A stretch of DNA of 64,000 nucleotides, taken from positions 501,911 to 565,910 of the forward strand of contig CAYWVD010000001.1 of the NCBI GenBank assembly GCA_964461915.1, in the 5' to 3' direction. A model generated the notes under the pieces. That model saw only the letters and a list, made by a program, of their open reading frames with translations, was not told where the DNA came from and searched no databases. Within the stretch, counting starts at the first letter, position 1, and every line of letters begins with the position of its first letter. This DNA is from an uncultured Candidatus Saccharibacteria bacterium (GTDB lineage: Bacteria > Patescibacteriota > Dojkabacteria > B142 > OLB20). The translations under genes were made by a program, and so were the position numbers. Below, piece by piece: positions 1-9,084 of this stretch.

Positions 1-2
1 AT

Positions 3-401
3 ATTTCTCCAGAAATAAAACAAAGGGGGAGTAATATTACAGGCGAAAGGCTCAGAATGGATTTTAATTTCTCCCGAAAACTAGAGCCTGAAGAGATAAA
101 ATTACTTGAAACACAGGTCAATGAATGGATTTCAAAAGCTATCCCGGTAACAAGAGTAGATATGCCAAAAGAAGAGGCAGAAAAGCTTGGCGCGCAAATG
201 GAATTTGGTCAAAAATATCCTGATATTGTTTCAGTGTACAAAATATCATCACACGAAGGTGACAAAGTGAGTCTAGAATTCTGTGGAGGCCCTCATGTTA
301 AAAACACATCTGAAATTGGTGAAGGCGGAAAGAAATTTTCGATCTTCTCCCAAGAAAACATTGGTGGAGGTTTAAGAAGAATAAAAGCAAAATTAATTTA
401 A
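3..401 (+). CDS. alaS: Alanyl-tRNA synthetase C-terminal (editing/second-additional-domain) fragment, 5'-partial; or an AlaX-like protein
   Basis: The reading frame is open from window position 3. It carries the motifs TGERLR(M)DF and FCGGPHV...GGGLRRIKA, which are typical of the AlaRS/AlaX editing domain. The protein ends without a C-Ala domain. Confidence 0.7.
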   Translation: MSPEIKQRGSNITGERLRMDFNFSRKLEPEEIKLLETQVNEWISKAIPVTRVDMPKEEAEKLGAQMEFGQKYPDIVSVYKISSHEGDKVSLEFCGGPHVKNTSEIGEGGKKFSIFSQENIGGGLRRIKAKLI

Positions 402-417
402 GTTAACGAAAAACAAA

Positions 418-1497
418 ATGAATTACGAAGAGTTTAAAGCCGAACTTGATAGCTTAAATATTTCATATAAAGAGAATTTCATTTTAGCCCCATTAACTAC
501 TTGGAAAGTTGGTGGACCTGCAAAAATATTCATCGAATTAAACGATATCGAAAAAGCAAAATCCACCATAAGACTGTCTTATAAGACCAATCTTCCAGTT
601 TTTGTCATGGGTGGGGGTAGCAATATTTTAATTTCAGATGAAGGATTTGATGGAATAGTACTTAAGAACCAATTGACTGGTATCGAAATTACTAAGGACA
701 CAGCTAAAAATAATACTCAAGAAAAATTCGAAGAAAATGCAAAAGCAAGATTAATCCAAGTAGACAAAAAGAACTACTATTCCTTTGATGAATTTAATTA
801 TGACGAGTCTGAATACGATAGAGTACTTGTAAAAGTTTATTCAGCTACTTTACTATCCTTTACAATAAACAATCTCATTCAGAACGGAATTACAGGTTTA
901 CAATGGTTTGCGGGGATTCCAGGCACAATAGGTGGGGCAATTTATAATAATATTCACGGTGGAACGCATTTTTTTAGCGAATATATTGAAGAAGTAGACT
1001 TAATAAATCACAAAGGAGAAATCGAGACTATTAAAAGTTATGAACTCGGCCTTGACTATGACTTCTCAAAAATTCAAAGCTCAAAGAACTTCATATTAAG
1101 TGTTAAGCTCAAATTATTCAAAGGTGACAAACAAAGAGCGCAAAAAACAGCTGTTGAATGGTCTCAAGTCAAAAGATTAAAACAACCATACAATTCTGCT
1201 GGATGTTGTTTTAAAAATATTACTAATGAAGAATTATCAAAAACAGACTTCTTAAGTAGTGGATGGGGCTACATCATTGAACATAAATTAGGATTAAAGG
1301 GCTTCACACACAATGGAGCACAAATATCCACTAAACACGCAGCTTTCATCGAAAACATTGGGAACGCAAAAGCAGAAGATATCATGTATCTTCTTGAGCT
1401 AATATATAAAACAGCTAAAGAAAAAATCAATATAACTCCAAAAACGGAAATATTCTTTGTGGGGTTTCCAAAAGATAGAATAGAAAAATTCCAATAA
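418..1497 (+). CDS. murB: UDP-N-acetylenolpyruvoylglucosamine reductase MurB, with an internal insertion
   Basis: It has the FAD-binding-domain motifs FILAPLTTWKVGGPA and VMGGGSNILISDEGFDGIVL, and a C-terminal MurB substrate domain. Confidence 0.8.
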   Translation: MNYEEFKAELDSLNISYKENFILAPLTTWKVGGPAKIFIELNDIEKAKSTIRLSYKTNLPVFVMGGGSNILISDEGFDGIVLKNQLTGIEITKDTAKNNTQEKFEENAKARLIQVDKKNYYSFDEFNYDESEYDRVLVKVYSATLLSFTINNLIQNGITGLQWFAGIPGTIGGAIYNNIHGGTHFFSEYIEEVDLINHKGEIETIKSYELGLDYDFSKIQSSKNFILSVKLKLFKGDKQRAQKTAVEWSQVKRLKQPYNSAGCCFKNITNEELSKTDFLSSGWGYIIEHKLGLKGFTHNGAQISTKHAAFIENIGNAKAEDIMYLLELIYKTAKEKINITPKTEIFFVGFPKDRIEKFQ

Positions 1498-1554
1498 ATT
1501 AGACCTCCAGCATACTTAACATGGTATTGGCTATTGAACGCAATACTAGCGCAG

Positions 1555-1596
1555 CCCATAGTAAATCTCCCTCAACAATCGCACACCCCATAGTAA
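1555..1596 (+). promoter_or_regulatory. Two copies of the 10-bp direct repeat cccatagtaa, 32 bp apart, upstream of the antitoxin gene; a candidate operator
   Basis: The exact repeats lie at 1555-1564 and 1587-1596, about 70-110 bp upstream of the RHH antitoxin start. RHH antitoxins typically bind repeats in their own promoter. Confidence 0.25.
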
Positions 1597-1664
1597 TACC
1601 TATTTGCCAAACGCCTTAAAATGTATTAGAATTTTCGACATCTCAATACATTGTCAGACGAAGT

Positions 1665-1919
1665 ATGAAAACAAACAAAACAACACAAATCGCAGTTCGA
1701 TTACTCCCAGAAGAGAAAAGACAGTTATTTTATTTTGCTACAAGACTTGGATTATCTCCCTCGGCCTTGGTAAGAAATCAAATCAAAACAATGCTAGGAG
1801 AGTTAGAAGATAAAGTTAACGATTCTTATTATTCCAAAATCGCCGATATGGCAGTTTTATCTGGCCCCAGGTATACACAAGAAGAATTAGAATCATTATT
1901 TTCTCCGGATTCAAATTAA
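1665..1919 (+). CDS. Ribbon-helix-helix (CopG/Phd-like) antitoxin
   Basis: It is 84 aa with an N-terminal beta-strand (TTQIAVRL) followed by helices. It lies immediately upstream of a RelE/ParE-like ORF, and the two genes are separated by only 2 nt. Confidence 0.55.
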   Translation: MKTNKTTQIAVRLLPEEKRQLFYFATRLGLSPSALVRNQIKTMLGELEDKVNDSYYSKIADMAVLSGPRYTQEELESLFSPDSN

Positions 1920-1921
1920 AT

Positions 1922-2170
1922 ATGGGGATAGTCTACACAACAAAAGCAAAAGAAGACCTTGTTAATCTTGATTGGAGAGTTCGAGAAAAAATTATCGATA
2001 GGCTAAGGCTCTTGCAGGAGAAAAGTGACGCAAGAATTTTATTAAAAATGCACGATTCCGAATATTACAAATTAAACTATTTTAATCACATCATTATCGG
2101 CAAGTATATTGATGAAACATTCAATATAATCACGGTTGTAGAGCAAAAAAAAATTAAATTCCCAGAATAA
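1922..2170 (+). CDS. RelE/ParE-family toxin
   Basis: It is 82 aa and follows the N-terminal pattern (I)YTTKAKEDL...REKIIDRLRLL. The C-terminus has the YYKLNYFNHIIIGKYIDETFNIITV RelE/ParE-like core. Confidence 0.6.
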   Translation: MGIVYTTKAKEDLVNLDWRVREKIIDRLRLLQEKSDARILLKMHDSEYYKLNYFNHIIIGKYIDETFNIITVVEQKKIKFPE

Positions 2171-2172
2171 AA

Positions 2173-3993
2173 ATGGAAACTAAAATTCAATTACTTTCGG
2201 CAGACCTCATTAATAAAATTGCAGCAGGAGAGGTAGTTGAAAGACCTGCTTCAATAGTAAAAGAGCTTTTAGAGAATGCTATTGACGCCCAAGCTTCAGA
2301 AATTACTTTAACTCTTGAAAATAGCGGAATAGACGCAATTGTCGTAATCGATAACGGCTTTGGTATGAATGAAATTGATGCCGAAAAATCGCTCTTACAG
2401 CATGCAACTTCGAAGATTAAATCCGAAGATGATCTATATAAAATCTCAACCATGGGATTCCGAGGTGAAGCACTCGCCAGCATTGCCAGCATTTGCGATC
2501 TTAGTATCCATACATATAACGGGAAAGATAATCCAATAACTATTATTAAGTCATCCGAAAGATCTCAAAAATCAATTGGCCCAAGCAGGGTAAAGGGAAC
2601 AACAGTTAGAGCCTCAAAAATTTTTGCACGAATTCCAGCTAGAAGAAAATTTCTAAAATCTGAAATCACAGAATATCGATACATCCTAGAGACATTCCAG
2701 AACATCGTCATAAGTAACCCACAGATTAAATTCAAATTAATTAAAAACAATAAAACAACAATTGATTTACCCAAAAGAGAATCCGAACTCGAAAGGATAA
2801 TTGATCTTTTCCCAGTAATTCATTCGAATGACCTAATTAAAATTGACTACCAAGAGCCAAATTACAATTTAAGTGGATATATTGCCAGTAGTGAATTTGC
2901 AAATAGCAATATCTCTAAACAATACATATTCCTTAATAAAAGATTTATTAAAAGCCAATTGATAGCAAAAGCAATCAAAGAAGGCTATAGAACAGCCATA
3001 ATGCCTCAAATAAATCCAAGCTATTTCATTTTCTTAAACTTTTCTCCTTCGACCTATGATGTGAATGTTCATCCTAGAAAGATCGAAGTCCGTTTTGAAG
3101 ACACAAATAAAATTTTCAGAATTATTAAAAATAATATTGAACATTCGCTTGAAAAACAGCTGAAACAAACACTAGAAGGCAAGTTCAACGCGACCGAAAC
3201 CCCCACATTTAATACTAAAAGCCTAAAGCCCATTAAAAGCAATTCTGATTCTTTTGATTTTTTCCAGCCCCACCCAACAAGCATAAAAGAAAGTCTAAGC
3301 TTTACGAAAGAACTTTTGAACGAAATCAAGCCATCATCTCAGGGCCAATTCACCGCCTTACCCAAGCAAGAAGAATTCAACGAAACAGCAGAAAACCAAG
3401 GCACTTTTTGGGTAGAGGATTATTTACAAATTTTTAATACATACATTTTAGTTTCAAAAGATCAAAAGCTAATAATGATCGACCAACACGCCGCCAACGA
3501 ACGAATTAACTTTGAGAGAATTAAAAAAGCACTTGATTCAAAGGGAATGGTCGACACACAACAATTATTAATTCCAGAAAAAATTCTTTTAAATAGATTC
3601 GAATCCACATTAATTCGTGAAAACATCGAACTATTCAAGAAAATTGGATTTGACTTCCAAACTATAAAAACTGAATTCGTAGAGATTTCTCAGATCCCTT
3701 TATTATTAGAGCAATCATCAATTAAGGAAGCTATTATCGAAATAATAAACGAGTTAAAAGATGAAGAAATTCCAATTTCTCAAAAGTTTGAAACTTTAAA
3801 AAACAAAATAATTGCTACAATAGCCTGCCATAGTAGCATTAGGGCAGGGCAGAGGCTGAATCGCCCAGAAGTCATCAAATTAATTAAGGATTTATTTAAT
3901 TGCGATAAACCAAATTCTTGCCCTCACGGAAGACCAATAACTTGGGAAATTTCCCGCACAGAAATCGAGAAAAACTTCAAACGGAAGCTGTAA
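2173..3993 (+). CDS. mutL: DNA mismatch repair protein MutL
   Basis: The GHKL ATPase motifs AAGEVVERPASIVKELLENAIDA and DNGFGM are present, and there is a C-terminal dimerisation domain. Confidence 0.9.
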   Translation: METKIQLLSADLINKIAAGEVVERPASIVKELLENAIDAQASEITLTLENSGIDAIVVIDNGFGMNEIDAEKSLLQHATSKIKSEDDLYKISTMGFRGEALASIASICDLSIHTYNGKDNPITIIKSSERSQKSIGPSRVKGTTVRASKIFARIPARRKFLKSEITEYRYILETFQNIVISNPQIKFKLIKNNKTTIDLPKRESELERIIDLFPVIHSNDLIKIDYQEPNYNLSGYIASSEFANSNISKQYIFLNKRFIKSQLIAKAIKEGYRTAIMPQINPSYFIFLNFSPSTYDVNVHPRKIEVRFEDTNKIFRIIKNNIEHSLEKQLKQTLEGKFNATETPTFNTKSLKPIKSNSDSFDFFQPHPTSIKESLSFTKELLNEIKPSSQGQFTALPKQEEFNETAENQGTFWVEDYLQIFNTYILVSKDQKLIMIDQHAANERINFERIKKALDSKGMVDTQQLLIPEKILLNRFESTLIRENIELFKKIGFDFQTIKTEFVEISQIPLLLEQSSIKEAIIEIINELKDEEIPISQKFETLKNKIIATIACHSSIRAGQRLNRPEVIKLIKDLFNCDKPNSCPHGRPITWEISRTEIEKNFKRKL

Positions 3994-4153
3994 AATATGT
4001 ACAATAAAGTTATACTCCTTTAAATACTTTTTTGTTTTTGAACCATTTTTATCACTCGAATGATTTTTACTACTCTCGTATTCACCCGTCCAAAGGCCTA
4101 TCCCCACGGTGTGCAACTATTTACATCAATTTGTTTTTACCCGTTTAAATTCC

Positions 4154-4183
4154 TTGACTATTTTAAATATTTGTTGTTATACT
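4154..4183 (+). promoter_or_regulatory. Near-consensus sigma70-type promoter: TTGACT, an 18-nt spacer, then TATACT
   Basis: TTGACT lies at 4154-4159 and TATACT at 4178-4183. This sits in the 345-bp non-coding gap between mutL and clpP. Confidence 0.35.
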
Positions 4184-4238
4184 ATAACTACAACTAAATA
4201 AGCATAAGGCAGTAAAAATAGTTAAAAGTGCAAACAAG

Positions 4239-4270
4239 AATGTCTCCTTCGGAGACATTTTTGTTTTTTA
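4239..4270 (+). terminator. Rho-independent terminator
   Basis: The stem aatgtctcc / ggagacatt closes a ttcg loop and is followed by a T-run (tttttgtttttt). Confidence 0.65.
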
Positions 4271-4337
4271 CACGAATAATTTTATGAAAATTTAAGTTTG
4301 TTGATATAATACTATTATTGATTTTTAATACATCATT

Positions 4338-4934
4338 ATGAACTATTTAATACCATCCGTAATTGAGAAGAGTAGAGATGGAGAACGAGTTTACGATATT
4401 TATTCCCGATTATTAAAAGAGCGCATTATTTTTGTTGGTACCCCAATAGATGACGAAGTTGCCAATGCAATCGTTGCCCAATTATTATTTCTTCAAAAAG
4501 AAAACAGCGAAAAAGATATAACGATGTATATCAACTGTCCAGGCGGGCATATTTACGCTGGTATGGCGATAATTGACACCATGAAGTATGTCAAACCCGA
4601 CATTGTTACTGTTGGTATTGGCTCCACAGCATCTTTTGGCACAGTCATTTTATCTTCAGGGACAAAAGGGAAGAGATTTGCATTACCAAATACCATGATC
4701 CATATACACCAGCCCTTAGTCAGTGGCGGCATTACAGGGCAGGCAAGTGATATCGAGATCGAGGCAAAAGAGATCCTAAGATTAAAGGATTTATTAACCA
4801 AAATTTTGAGTAAAAACACAGGACAAACTTACGATAAAATCGTTGAAGATTCTGACAGAGATAAACATATGACAGCCGATGAAGCCAAGAAATATGGGCT
4901 TATTGATAAAATTATTGTGACTGATGACAAATAA
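4338..4934 (+). CDS. clpP: ATP-dependent Clp protease proteolytic subunit
   Basis: It has the sequence [24 protein letters not shown]...INCPGG and an S14 peptidase fold with the Ser-His-Asp region. Confidence 0.92.
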   Translation: MNYLIPSVIEKSRDGERVYDIYSRLLKERIIFVGTPIDDEVANAIVAQLLFLQKENSEKDITMYINCPGGHIYAGMAIIDTMKYVKPDIVTVGIGSTASFGTVILSSGTKGKRFALPNTMIHIHQPLVSGGITGQASDIEIEAKEILRLKDLLTKILSKNTGQTYDKIVEDSDRDKHMTADEAKKYGLIDKIIVTDDK

Positions 4935-4970
4935 TTCAGTCCAGTGTATAATTTTACAGTTAAATATTTT

Positions 4971-5043
4971 GGACACTTAGCTCAGTTGGTAGAGCATTCG
5001 CTTGACGTGCGAATGGTCACAGGTTCGAATCCTGTAGTGTCCA
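4971..5043 (+). tRNA. tRNA-Val (anticodon GAC)
   Basis: It folds as a cloverleaf with a GGACACT/AGTGTCC acceptor stem, the anticodon loop TTGACGT and the T-loop TTCGAAT. No CCA is encoded. Confidence 0.85.
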
Positions 5044-5059
5044 TTCTTTTACAAACTTC

Positions 5060-6802
5060 ATGGAAGAAATTTCAAAAACACAAAACGACCAAGAATTAAT
5101 ACGCCACAGTATGGCTCATATTTTAGCTATGGCCATAATGCGTTTATACCCAAACACAAAGATAGGCATAGGCCCCGCGATCGAAAACGGTTTCTATTAT
5201 GAGGTAGACACTCCAGTGAAAATCACTTACAAGGACCTGCCAAAGATAGAGGCCGAAATGAATAACATAATCAGTGAAGAACTCCAATTTAAACAGATCA
5301 TAATACCCAAAGAACAGGCCTTCGACACACTAATGCAATCGGGCCAAATTTACAAAACAGAATTACTAAAACAGATTCCAGATGAATCTGTGAGTTTCTA
5401 CAAAACAGGCGAATTCTTCGATCTCTGCAGAGGCCCACATATCAAACATACTGGACTGGCTTCGTTTTTCAAATTAACAAAGATCAGTTCTTCAAATTGG
5501 CTGGGTGAAAAAAATCGTCCAAAACTACAAAGGATAGAAGGAGTTGCTTTCCTTAATAAGGAAGATCTCGATGCATATTTAGCATCTCAAAAAGAAATAA
5601 TTCAACGAGATTATAAAAAAATTGGTAGGAAGTTGAATTTAATTACTTACAACGAAGATATTGGTGATAATTTATTAATTTGGCTACCAAAAGGCAATGT
5701 AGTAAAGGAAAAATTAAAGGATTTTGTTTTCTCGAAATTTGAAGAGATAGAAACTATTTTCCTTTCGACTCCAAACATTGCTAAATTTACTTTGTATAGA
5801 GACTATTTTGAAACAGCTAAATCTAAAGACACATATTTACCTACCGTTAAAACCACAAACAACGAATATTTAATACGAAACGATTGTTTTTATCATCATT
5901 CAAGAGTATTTCGAAGCACTAAAAAAAGTTATAGACAATTACCAATTAGATACACCGAATTTTACAATGTATTGGGTCAAATAGTTAATACTGAAACAAC
6001 AAATAGTGATCTTAGCTTTTTTCAAAGACTTCAAACAAATATTTTTGCAAGAAACGATCAATTACAAGACGAACTCGAAAAATGTTTTTCAATTATTTTG
6101 GATCTATTTCAATATCTAAAAATTGATTCATTCCAAATTCAAGCAAAACAACCAAATTCCAAAGACAAAAACAATAAAAATAAAGAGGCTAGGGGAGTAT
6201 TAAAGATAATCGAAAAGGCATTAGCTAAGAAAAAGCTTTCTGCAAAATTAATTCAAACCGACTTTTACAATGATGGCATTGAGCTCCAGTTCTTGGTTAA
6301 AGATATATCTGGCAATCCTCATATTATTTCGACTATAAAATTAGACATCTGTTCTGCTGAAAAAGAAGAACTTTATTATGTAAATAAGAACAACCTTAAA
6401 GAAACTCCTGCAGTGGTCAGATTCAATGCTATTGAATCCTTTGAAATACTTTTCAAAATAATACTTGAGAATAATCAAGGGGTATTCGATGTCTGGCTAT
6501 CTCCAGTGCAATGTATAGTAATCGCAATCTCAGAAAAATTCCATGAAAAAGCTAATGAAATTCTAACCCAATTGAAAAAAGAGGGTATCCGAACAGAAAA
6601 GAATTTCGAAGCCGACACCATGCAAAATAAAATAAGAAGGGCAGAAAATGAGAACATCCCATATATGTTGATTATTGGCGAAAAAGAACTCAACACAAAC
6701 TCAGTTTCTTTAAGACAAAGAAACGGTCAAGAACTCGGATTAATCCGTATAGAAGAATTTATTGATAGAATCCACAGGGAAATTGACCAAAAAGGCTTTT
6801 AA
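5060..6802 (+). CDS. thrS: Threonyl-tRNA synthetase homolog with an intact N2 editing domain and anticodon-binding domain, but divergent class II catalytic motifs
   Basis: It carries HSMAHIL, IGPAIENGFYYEVD and DLCRGPH in the editing domain, and VWLSPVQ...PYMLIIGEKE in the anticodon-binding domain. It sits at the canonical position ahead of infC-rpmI-rplT-pheST. The motif-2 region reads LGQIVNTETTNSDLSFFQRLQTNIFARND where fRNE...RVRGFTQDDAHIF would be expected. Confidence 0.75.
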   Translation: MEEISKTQNDQELIRHSMAHILAMAIMRLYPNTKIGIGPAIENGFYYEVDTPVKITYKDLPKIEAEMNNIISEELQFKQIIIPKEQAFDTLMQSGQIYKTELLKQIPDESVSFYKTGEFFDLCRGPHIKHTGLASFFKLTKISSSNWLGEKNRPKLQRIEGVAFLNKEDLDAYLASQKEIIQRDYKKIGRKLNLITYNEDIGDNLLIWLPKGNVVKEKLKDFVFSKFEEIETIFLSTPNIAKFTLYRDYFETAKSKDTYLPTVKTTNNEYLIRNDCFYHHSRVFRSTKKSYRQLPIRYTEFYNVLGQIVNTETTNSDLSFFQRLQTNIFARNDQLQDELEKCFSIILDLFQYLKIDSFQIQAKQPNSKDKNNKNKEARGVLKIIEKALAKKKLSAKLIQTDFYNDGIELQFLVKDISGNPHIISTIKLDICSAEKEELYYVNKNNLKETPAVVRFNAIESFEILFKIILENNQGVFDVWLSPVQCIVIAISEKFHEKANEILTQLKKEGIRTEKNFEADTMQNKIRRAENENIPYMLIIGEKELNTNSVSLRQRNGQELGLIRIEEFIDRIHREIDQKGF

Positions 6803-6951
6803 ACCGCATCTGTATTTGTAAATTCATCAATTCTTTGATAATATTAATAGATATTTTTTGATAATTTAATAATTTTAATATAGTACCTTTTCATAAACCA
6901 TATAGACAATTTAATAGATATCAACCCGTTAAAGAATTTAACAGGTATAAA

Positions 6952-7503
6952 ATGAACGAATTCATAAGCTCACCAAAGCTTATGGTTATTGACTTTGATG
7001 GAACGCAACTTGGAATTCTTGATAAAACCGAAGCCCTGAGGATTGCAAAAGAACAAGATCTTGATTTAATTGAGGTCTCACCTAATACAAATCCTCCTGT
7101 TGCTAAAATTTTATCTTGGTCAAAGTTCAAATATCAACAAGAAAAAAAGAAAAAGGATAATAAAGGTAAGACTATTGAAATGAAGGAAATGTGGTTCAAA
7201 GCTTTTATCGGAGACGGCGACTTTGGACATAAAATTGAAAGGATTAAAGAATTTTTACTAAAAAAACACCCAGTAAAAATCACTATAAAGGGTAGGGGTA
7301 GAATCCCTCATGCTCAATTGTGGGCATTATTAGAAAAAATTAAAATAGCACTTCAGGGCTTTATTTTAGAAAGCAATGAAGTAGCTAAATTAGAAGGTCA
7401 AAACATCTTTTGGATTGTTAGACCATTAAAAATAATTAAAGTTAACGATAAAGAAAATGAAAATGAAGCAAAAAACGCACAAAGCGACAGCCAAAAGATT
7501 TAA
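6952..7503 (+). CDS. infC: Translation initiation factor IF-3
   Basis: It carries LMVIDFDGTQLGILDKTEALRIAKEQDLDLIEVSPNTNPPVAKIL. The true start may be a non-ATG codon upstream. Confidence 0.85.
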   Translation: MNEFISSPKLMVIDFDGTQLGILDKTEALRIAKEQDLDLIEVSPNTNPPVAKILSWSKFKYQQEKKKKDNKGKTIEMKEMWFKAFIGDGDFGHKIERIKEFLLKKHPVKITIKGRGRIPHAQLWALLEKIKIALQGFILESNEVAKLEGQNIFWIVRPLKIIKVNDKENENEAKNAQSDSQKI

Positions 7504-7654
7504 AATCACTCCAAGTGGTAAAGTAAGACATTACTCACAAGGAGATAACTCACATCTTAAAGCTAATAAAAATAGAGGTCAAAAAGCTCGAAAGAAAGGT
7601 ATTCAAACTCTCGCAAATAAAGGAGATATTAAAAAACTTGTTAAATTAATTTAA
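7457..7654 (+). CDS. rpmI: 50S ribosomal protein L35
   Basis: It carries MKQKTHKATAKRFKITPSGKVRH. It overlaps the 3' end of infC in another frame; the start may be the second Met at 7463. Confidence 0.8.
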   Translation: MKMKQKTHKATAKRFKITPSGKVRHYSQGDNSHLKANKNRGQKARKKGIQTLANKGDIKKLVKLI

Positions 7655-7663
7655 TAAAATATT

Positions 7664-8005
7664 ATGAGAATTAAAAGAGGTACAGTTAGACACAGACGCC
7701 ATAAGTCAGTCTTAAACTTAACAAAAGGTTATAGATTATCAAACAGTAAGTTATTCAAAAGAGCTCACGAAGCTATGATGCATGCTGGGCAGTATTCTTT
7801 GGTACACAGGAGACATAGATACGGTCAATTCAGAGAATTGTGGATTACAAGAATAAATGCCGGCTTAACAGGTACAGGCTTAAAATACAGCGAATTTATT
7901 AACAAATTGAAACAAAATAACATCGAAGTTAATAGAAAAATACTCGCAGGCCTCGCACTAGATCAAAAAGAAGTATTTACAGCGATTGTAAATAAGGTAA
8001 AATAA
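7664..8005 (+). CDS. rplT: 50S ribosomal protein L20
   Basis: It begins MRIKRGTVRHRRHKSVLNLTKGYR. Confidence 0.92.
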   Translation: MRIKRGTVRHRRHKSVLNLTKGYRLSNSKLFKRAHEAMMHAGQYSLVHRRHRYGQFRELWITRINAGLTGTGLKYSEFINKLKQNNIEVNRKILAGLALDQKEVFTAIVNKVK

Positions 8006-8038
8006 TACTTACTTTATTCAAAATAAACTTGAATTTCT

Positions 8039-9082
8039 ATGGAGAATAATCCTATTGTCAATCTTCAGAAAGACTTGCAGGATATGTCTTCCGATGCAAC
8101 ACTTAAAATTTCTGTCGCAAAAGACAAAGATACTCTTGAATCTCTCCGCGTTGAATTTCTTGGCAGAAAATCTAAACTCACACAAATCTTAAGAGGGATC
8201 AAAGATCTTGATAATGAAGGCAAGAAATCGATAGGGCAACTTTCCAATAAAATTAAAAGTGAAATTGAGACTAAAATTGATGAAAAAATTAAAAATTTAC
8301 TAGAAGAAAAGTTTAAAAATATTGAACAAACAGAAAAGATTGATGTAACACTACCCGGGAAATCAAATAGAATAGGCCATATTCATCCAACCACCCAATT
8401 GACCGAAAAAATCGAAGATATTTTTATGCAAATGGGTTTTGAAGTATATTATCCATATCTTCTTGATGATGATTACCATAATTTTGAATCTCTAAATTTA
8501 CCTCCAGAACATCCGGCACGTGATAGCTGGGATACTTTTTGGACAGAAGATGGCCATATCGCAATTACCCATACATCATCAATGCAAAACAGAATAATGC
8601 GAAATTCAAAGCCACCAATTAGGGCAATAGCAATTGGAAGATGTTTCAGAAACGAAGCCACAGACGCTAGACATGAACACACCTTCAACCAAGTAGAAGG
8701 CATATATATTGATAAAAATATTACCTTACCCGATATGCTGGGGACATTGAAAGAGTTTTTCTCAAAATTTTATGAGAAGAATGTGGAAGTAAAATTTACT
8801 CCGGATTTTTTCCCATTTGTTGAACCAGGTGGAATGATGTCTTTAACTTGCGTTATTTGCGATGGAAAGGGCTGTCCACTTTGTAAACAGACTGGGTGGT
8901 TAGAAATTTTAGGATGCGGAATGATTCATCCAAAGGTTCTTGAAATGGGGGGTATTGATCCTAATGTATATTCAGGATTCGCATGGGGAGTAGGGTTAGA
9001 AAGGATAATTCAATTAAAATATAATATCGGCGATGTTCGATTATTTAATAGTGGAAATCTAGATTTTATAAAACAATTCTAA
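8039..9082 (+). CDS. pheS: Phenylalanyl-tRNA synthetase alpha subunit
   Basis: It carries FRNEATDARHEHTFNQVEG and GFAWGVGLERI, the class II motifs. Confidence 0.92.
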   Translation: MENNPIVNLQKDLQDMSSDATLKISVAKDKDTLESLRVEFLGRKSKLTQILRGIKDLDNEGKKSIGQLSNKIKSEIETKIDEKIKNLLEEKFKNIEQTEKIDVTLPGKSNRIGHIHPTTQLTEKIEDIFMQMGFEVYYPYLLDDDYHNFESLNLPPEHPARDSWDTFWTEDGHIAITHTSSMQNRIMRNSKPPIRAIAIGRCFRNEATDARHEHTFNQVEGIYIDKNITLPDMLGTLKEFFSKFYEKNVEVKFTPDFFPFVEPGGMMSLTCVICDGKGCPLCKQTGWLEILGCGMIHPKVLEMGGIDPNVYSGFAWGVGLERIIQLKYNIGDVRLFNSGNLDFIKQF

Positions 9083-9084
9083 AA

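Noticed and set aside
1269-1559. 96-aa minus-strand ORF overlapping the 3' end of murB.
   Set aside because: It lies antisense within a well-supported gene and has a low-complexity composition. It is a typical shadow ORF in AT-rich DNA.
1604-1813. Alternative 69-aa plus-strand ORF overlapping the antitoxin gene.
   Set aside because: The overlapping frame 1665-1919 gives an RHH-like product and is tightly coupled to the RelE/ParE ORF. The 1604 frame is Asn/Arg-rich with no features.
2187-3329. Three minus-strand ORFs (2187-2492, 2565-2774, 3069-3329) inside mutL.
   Set aside because: They are antisense to a conserved MutL coding sequence and show no motifs.
4935-5059. T-box or other leader upstream of thrS.
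   Set aside because: The spacer holds only tRNA-Val plus 16 nt, which is far too short for a T-box riboswitch. The same is true for the short spacers ahead of pheS and tyrS.
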